From NCBI GenBank assembly GCA_963735955.1, contig CAVTND010000008.1:15085-79084 (forward strand): 64,000 nt of DNA. The letters are read 5' to 3'. This DNA is from an uncultured beta proteobacterium (GTDB taxonomy: Bacteria; Pseudomonadota; Gammaproteobacteria; Burkholderiales; Burkholderiaceae_F). The notes under the pieces were generated by a model that saw only the letters and a program-made list of their open reading frames with translations, had not been told where the DNA came from and ran no database searches. This document shows, in pieces, positions 58,924 to 64,000 of the stretch. Made by a program: the position numbers and the translations under genes. Numbering within the stretch: the stretch's first letter is position 1; each line of letters starts with the position of its first letter.

Positions 58924-59673
58924 ATGACCGCCAGTGAAACCATCATTTCCTTCGACAAGGTCAACAAGTGGTACGGCAACAGTTTCCATGTGTTGCGGGA
59001 TATCGACCTGAATGTCGCGCGCGGCGAGCGCATCGTCATTTGCGGCCCATCGGGCTCCGGCAAATCCACTCTGATCCGCTGCATCAATCGACTGGAGGAA
59101 TTCCAGGAGGGGCGGCTGACCGTTGATGGCACCGAGATGAGCGACGACGTCAAGGCGATCGAGAAGATCCGCAAGGAAGTCGGCATGGTGTTCCAGCAGT
59201 TCAACCTGTTTCCGCACCTCACGGTGCTGGAGAACCTGACGCTGGCCCCGATGTGGGTCGGCAAGACACCGAAGAAGGACGCCGAAGAGAAGGCGATGGT
59301 GCAGTTGAAGCGAGTGCGCATCGCCGAGCAGGCCGAGAAATATCCGTTGCAGCTCTCGGGCGGCCAGCAGCAGCGGGTGGCGATCGCACGTGCTCTGTGC
59401 CTGACGCCGAAGGTGATGCTGTTCGATGAGCCAACCTCGGCGCTCGACCCGGAGATGATCAAGGAAGTGCTGGACGTGATGATCGAGCTGGCCAAGGGTG
59501 GCATCACGATGCTGTGCGTGACGCACGAGATGGGCTTCGCCAAGGCGGTGGCCAATCGTGTCATCTTCATGGACCAGGGCCAGATCGTCGAGCAGAACAC
59601 GCCGCACGAGTTCTTCGACCATCCCAAGAGCGACCGCACCAAGGACTTCCTGTCCAAGATCCTCGGCCACTGA
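58924..59673 (+). CDS. aapP: Amino-acid ABC transporter ATP-binding protein
   Basis: [37 protein letters not shown]. 249 aa. Confidence 0.9.
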   Translation: MTASETIISFDKVNKWYGNSFHVLRDIDLNVARGERIVICGPSGSGKSTLIRCINRLEEFQEGRLTVDGTEMSDDVKAIEKIRKEVGMVFQQFNLFPHLTVLENLTLAPMWVGKTPKKDAEEKAMVQLKRVRIAEQAEKYPLQLSGGQQQRVAIARALCLTPKVMLFDEPTSALDPEMIKEVLDVMIELAKGGITMLCVTHEMGFAKAVANRVIFMDQGQIVEQNTPHEFFDHPKSDRTKDFLSKILGH

Positions 59674-59730
59674 GCGCCTTGCCCGCTCGGCGCATCGTTC
59701 ACTCCTTCCTTGCCTGGCGGGTGCCTCGCC

Positions 59731-61168
59731 GTGCAATGGCCTGAACTCACGACCAGTCTGTGGACTGCTTTGATCATCGCCAGCGACTGGGCGATTCGCC
59801 TGGTCATGCTGCCGATCGTGCCGACGCGCCGTTCGCCCGATGCGGCCAAAGGCTGGCTGCTGCTGATCTTCTTCCTGCCCTGGCTCGGTCTGGTGCTGTA
59901 CGTGCTGATCGGTCGGCCGCATCTGCCCCGCTGGCGGCTGGAGCGACGCGAAGCCTATGTCCAGTGGCTGCGCCCGATCGGTATGCGGTTGCGTTCCACT
60001 CCGGCGTGGCAGCCGCCCGCGGTGGCGCCCGAATTTGCCGCCAGCGTGCGACTGGCGACCGAACTGAGTTCGCTGCCGAACGTGGCCGGCAACGAAGTCG
60101 AACTGCTCTCCGACTACAACGGCACCCTGGCACGAATCGCGACCGACATCGAGTCCGCGCATACGAGCGTGCACCTGTGCTTCTACATCTTTGGTGACGA
60201 TGCGCGCACTGCGCCGGTGATCGAAGCGCTGGGGCGCGCAGCTGCGCGTGGTGTTGCATGCCGGGTGCTGATCGATGCGCGGGGCTCGAAAGCGTCGCGC
60301 ACCACCCTGATTGCAAAGCTGCGTGCCGCCGGAGTCGAAGCGAACATCGCGCTGCCGCTGCGGATTGGCCGCAAGGCGGCGCGCTTCGATCTGCGCAATC
60401 ACCGCAAGATCGTCGTCATCGATGGTGGTGTCGGCTACACCGGCTCGCAGAACATGGTGGCATCCGACTTCAAGCCGGGACTGTCGTACACCGAACTGAT
60501 GGTGCGGCTGACCGGGCCGTCAGTGCTTCAACTGCAGGCCGTGTTCGGCGGCGACTGGTATGTCGAGACCGGGCAGTTCATCGGCGAGGCGGCGTTTCCG
60601 CTGCTGCCGAGCACCGGCCGCTTTGCGGTACAGGTGCTGCCGAATGGGCCGTCCAACCCGGGCCTGCGGGTGCAGCGCATGGTCATCAACCTGATCTACG
60701 CCGCGCGCGAGCGCGTGGTGATGACCACCCCGTATTTCATTCCGGGTCCCGCGCTGCAGGAGGCACTTGAGACCGCGGCGCAGCGCGGCTGCGAAGTGAA
60801 CCTCATTGTCGACCACCAGCTTGACCAGTTTCTGGTCGGCAATGCACAGCGCTCGTACTACGAAGTATCTGCTGCGCGCCGGCGTGCGCATTCACGCCTA
60901 CAAGGCAGGATTTCTCCACACCAAGGCGGTGTCGATCGACCGTCGCATGGCATGGGTAGGCAGCTCGAACATGGACATGCGTTCGTTTCAGCTCAACGAG
61001 GAGGTTGTTGCCCTGTTCTTCGACGCTGAAGTGGCGGAGCAGCTCGCAGCGATCGAGGAGCACTATATGCAGGCCGCCGAACGTATCGACCTTGAAGCAT
61101 GGCTCAAGCGGCCATTCTGGCAGCAGGTGGTGGAGAACCTGACGCGGCTGGTAAGTCCGCTGCTGTAG
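59731..61168 (+). pseudogene. cls: Cardiolipin synthase, ClsA-type with N-terminal TM helices, one frame change near 60860 as sequenced
   Basis: N-terminal TM helices (LWTALIIASDWAIRLVMLPIV, GWLLLIFFLPWLGLVLYVLIG). HKD1 is NHRKIVVIDGG..YTGSQN in the 59710 frame. HKD2 is LHTKAVSIDRRMAWVGSSNMD in the 60806 frame. GTG at 59731 or TTG at 59710 could be the start. Confidence 0.8.
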
Positions 61169-61296
61169 GAGGACGGGAATATTGGTCGGCGTCGAATAGT
61201 CGACATCGGAACCGCCGCATACTCAATCGATTGCAGGAATGCCTGCGCCTAATGTTCGTCTCACTCCCAACCGGGAGACCAACCTGGAGATGAACC

Positions 61297-61443
61297 ATGA
61301 AACGCAACAGCAAATTTTCTCTTTCCCTGATCGCTGCCGCATTCGCTGCCCTTCTGGCGACCGGCTGTGCAACCGTTGGCGAAAGCGCTGACGGTGGCCA
61401 GTATGACTTTCGGACCAGTGTCGACCGCGGCGGAGACAATTAA
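61297..61443 (+). CDS. 48-aa putative lipoprotein (below the ORF-track length cutoff)
   Basis: GGAGA SD 8 nt before the ATG at 61297. Translates to MKRNSKFSLSLIAAAFAALLATG|CATVGESADGGQYDFRTSVDRGGDN with a lipobox-like LLATGC. TAA at 61441. An imperfect hairpin (TGCTGGTG..CACCAGCA) lies downstream. Confidence 0.5.
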   Translation: MKRNSKFSLSLIAAAFAALLATGCATVGESADGGQYDFRTSVDRGGDN

Positions 61444-61649
61444 TCTGCCTCTGAAGTCAGCGCGCTTGCTGGTGCAAGGGCCCACACCAGCAGTGCGCTC
61501 CAGTTCCTGAATCGCGGTCGTTGTTCTTGATTGGTGATGTCCGAAGCGTCGATCTTCTGCACTCTCCCTTTGGGTTGAACTACGTACCGGCCGCCTGCCG
61601 GCCGCATACGGGATAATCCGCACCTTTCGTCCTTGCCGCGTCGGTTCCG

Positions 61650-63719
61650 ATGCGGGCGCTCATGTCTGCTGCAGCTTTCCCCGCGTCAAACTCGCGTGCG
61701 TCGATCGTGCCGTATGCTGCGACGATCTTCCTCTCGGCATTTCTCCTGTTTCTGGTCCAGCCGATCATCGCCAAGCAGATCCTGCCGTGGTTTGGCGGCT
61801 CGTCCGCGGTCTGGACAACTGCCCTGGTATTTTTCCAGTCAACGCTGCTCGCGGGCTATGCCTATGCCGACCTGACGATGCGGCTCGGCGTGCGTCGTCA
61901 GGCGCTGCTTCACCTGGGCTTGCTGCTCGTCTCGCTGTTGACGTTGCCAATCCTGGCGTCGACGGGCTGGAAACCCCAGGGCGACGAAGCCCCGATTCTG
62001 CGCATCCTGCTGCTGCTGACGGCGACCATCGGCCTGCCGTATTTCCTGCTGTCGACGACAACGCCATTGCTGCAAGCCTGGTACTGGCGGCGCTTCCAGA
62101 GTGCGGTGCCGTACCGCCTGTTTGCGCTTTCCAACTTCGCTTCGCTGCTGGCCCTGCTCGGCTTTCCGATCCTGCTGGAACCATGGTTCACGCTGCCCGA
62201 AGTCGGCTGGACCTGGTCTGTGCTTTATGCGGTATTCGTCGTCTGCTGTGCGGCGACGGCATGGGCATCGTTGCGGGCGTCGGTCGCACGTGAAGGCGAG
62301 GCGACTCAATCAACGACCGAATCGAGTTTTCAGGCTGCACCACCGTCGCTGATCACACAGCTGAGGTGGCTCGCCCTGGCGGCAATGGGCTCGATCATGC
62401 TGCTGGCTGTCACCAACCATGTCACGCAAAACATTGCGAGCGTGCCCTTCCTGTGGGTGGTGCCACTGGCGCTCTACCTGCTGACCTTCATTCTGACGTT
62501 CGACCATCCGCGCTGGTACCTACGCTGGCTGGTGATCGGCGCACTCGCAATCCTGCTGCCGGCGATGGCCTGGCTCATTCCTTCCCTCGACCTGAAACTC
62601 GCCTCGGCGGTGTTCTTTGTCGGACTCTTTTTCGCCTGCATGTTCTGCCACGGCGAGCTGGCACACGCCAAGCCGGATCCGCGCTTTCTGACGCGCTTTT
62701 ACCTGATGCTGTCGCTCGGGGGCGCGCTCGGAGCGGTACTAATCGCGATCGTCGCGCCGCTGGTATTGCCCGGCTATCTCGAAGCCAACATCGCCCTGGT
62801 AGCGCTGGCATTGATGGTGATGCTGCAGCTGACTGGATGGCGCCGACTGATCGGTCTCGCGGTCGTCGGCGCGACGGCCTGGTTTTCGGTCAAGGGCGGT
62901 ATCGAGTACGTAAGCGAGATGCGCGTAATCAAGCGTGACTTCTACGGCGTGGTCCGCACGCGCGACCGCGACACGCCGGTGCCGTACCGCTCGATGATTC
63001 ACGGCGGCATCGTGCACGGCGGCCAGTTGCTCGGGCCCGAGTTCAAGAACACGCCGAGCGACTACTTCGGACCGGGTTCGGGCTACGGCCGCCTGTTCGA
63101 GGCCCTGAACCAGCAGCGGCCCGGTCCGCGCAAGGTCGGCATCATCGGCCTGGGAGCGGGGGTAGTCGCTTCCTACGGCCGCACCGGCGATACCTTCGTC
63201 TTCTACGAGATCTCTCCGCGCGTGGTCGACGTTGCGTACAGCGAATTCACGTTCCTGAAGGACACGCCGGCCAGGACCGCGGTCGTGCTCGGTGACGGCC
63301 GGCTCTCGCTCGAGCGCGAGGCGCCCCGCAACTACGATGTGCTGGGAATCGATGCGTTTGCGGGTGATTCGATCCCGATGCATCTGATCTCGCGCGAGGC
63401 GATGGCACTGTACGTCAAGCACCTCGCACCCGATGGCGTTATCGTGTTCCAGGCGACGAATCGCTACATCGACCTGCTGCCGGTGGTGCAGCGACTGGCC
63501 AGCGAATTCGGGATGCAGGCGATGCTGGTATCCGATGCGCCGAGCCACGACAGCGGCCCCGAGTACTGGCTGTCATCGACCGACCAGGTGCTGGTGACGC
63601 GCAACCGCGCCCTGTTCGAGAGCGACGCCCTGCGCGACGTGGCTGCGCCGATTCCCGATCGGCCCGAGCTGAAGACCTTCACCGACGCGCACCACAATCT
63701 GATCCGGATTCTCAAGTAG
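61650..63719 (+). CDS. Fused polytopic membrane domain / spermidine-synthase-like methyltransferase-fold protein
   Basis: The N-terminal 430 aa or so contain many TM helices. The C-terminal part (VGIIGLGAGVVASYG...FYEISP.VV..A...F.FL....VVLGDGRLSL....YDVLGIDAFAGDSIPMHL...A...Y...L...G) matches the spermidine synthase fold. Confidence 0.75.
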   Translation: MRALMSAAAFPASNSRASIVPYAATIFLSAFLLFLVQPIIAKQILPWFGGSSAVWTTALVFFQSTLLAGYAYADLTMRLGVRRQALLHLGLLLVSLLTLPILASTGWKPQGDEAPILRILLLLTATIGLPYFLLSTTTPLLQAWYWRRFQSAVPYRLFALSNFASLLALLGFPILLEPWFTLPEVGWTWSVLYAVFVVCCAATAWASLRASVAREGEATQSTTESSFQAAPPSLITQLRWLALAAMGSIMLLAVTNHVTQNIASVPFLWVVPLALYLLTFILTFDHPRWYLRWLVIGALAILLPAMAWLIPSLDLKLASAVFFVGLFFACMFCHGELAHAKPDPRFLTRFYLMLSLGGALGAVLIAIVAPLVLPGYLEANIALVALALMVMLQLTGWRRLIGLAVVGATAWFSVKGGIEYVSEMRVIKRDFYGVVRTRDRDTPVPYRSMIHGGIVHGGQLLGPEFKNTPSDYFGPGSGYGRLFEALNQQRPGPRKVGIIGLGAGVVASYGRTGDTFVFYEISPRVVDVAYSEFTFLKDTPARTAVVLGDGRLSLEREAPRNYDVLGIDAFAGDSIPMHLISREAMALYVKHLAPDGVIVFQATNRYIDLLPVVQRLASEFGMQAMLVSDAPSHDSGPEYWLSSTDQVLVTRNRALFESDALRDVAAPIPDRPELKTFTDAHHNLIRILK

Positions 63720-63726
63720 TAGCTGC

Positions 63727-63747
63727 CACTGCGCTTGATGCGCAGTG
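63727..63747 (+). terminator. Short hairpin after the last gene
   Basis: CACTGCGC-ttgat-GCGCAGTG lies 8 nt after the stop. No T-tract. Confidence 0.4.
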
Positions 63748-64000
63748 TGGATCATCCCGGCGTCAATCTTCACGGACACAACTTCACACGCGATTGACTG
63801 CGGCATGCAGTCAGTCGAGCGCTCGTAACTCGCGAACACTTACTGTCTGTTCGCGTCATCATCGTCCCAAACCTGGCGCGATCAGATCGCGCAATCCGGC
63901 GTCGCGCTCGACCGCGATTCCCTTTTGGATGATTGAACCAAAACGAGAACGCACTAGGGTGTCGGTGTGTCAGTCCGGATTGGCTCGGGCCACTGATGGG

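Overview
GC-rich proteobacterial chromosomal segment (about mid-60s % GC by eye, not computed). Gene content looks most like a betaproteobacterium, but taxonomy cannot be fixed from this window. I support about 60 protein genes. I found no rRNA, tRNA, CRISPR array, integrase or transposase.

Layout:
- 0-5 kb: 5'-truncated unknown gene, then an EEP phosphatase-like gene coupled to a ClsB-type cardiolipin synthase, gltS, and a 286-bp MITE-like element with perfect 29-bp terminal inverted repeats.
- 5.5-8.25 kb: heavily disrupted Lhr-like (ligase-associated) DEXH helicase containing a GC-rich palindromic/G-quadruplex-type insertion.
- 8.4-14.9 kb: SWIB protein, phasin, rhodanese, HNH nuclease, BamE-like lipoprotein, SRPBCC protein, a small exported protein and a CYTH/CHAD protein.
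- 14.9-19.4 kb (minus strand): five-gene secreted-fibre operon. It resembles a chaperone-usher system but lacks a canonical usher. This is my best candidate for an undescribed system.
- 20-26.9 kb: type IV minor-pilin/pilY1 operon, with pilW and pilY1 riddled with frame changes.
- 26.9-28.4 kb: two tandem stand-alone degenerate EAL-like (YdiV-sized) genes.
- 28.5-36 kb: mtnA plus class II aldolase, an OM beta-barrel, a GumN-like gene, an orphan pdeM, ygiD, and doxX/lysR.
- 35.5-47 kb: one long plus-strand lipid-catabolic block (tetR, acyl-CoA dehydrogenase, FadB-type, thiolase, hydrolases, hydratase, thioesterase, SDR).
- 47-64 kb: amidase, flavoprotein, Atm1-type ABC exporter next to cydAB, aapJQMP, a second (ClsA-type) cardiolipin synthase, an untracked 48-aa lipoprotein, and a fused membrane/spermidine-synthase-like protein.

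Major caveat: about 40 apparent one-nucleotide frame changes (by-eye count) cluster in a few loci, while about 40 kb of neighbouring genes are intact. From the sequence alone I cannot tell whether this is real gene decay or consensus/indel error.

All family assignments come from motif recognition by eye. No database searches were run.
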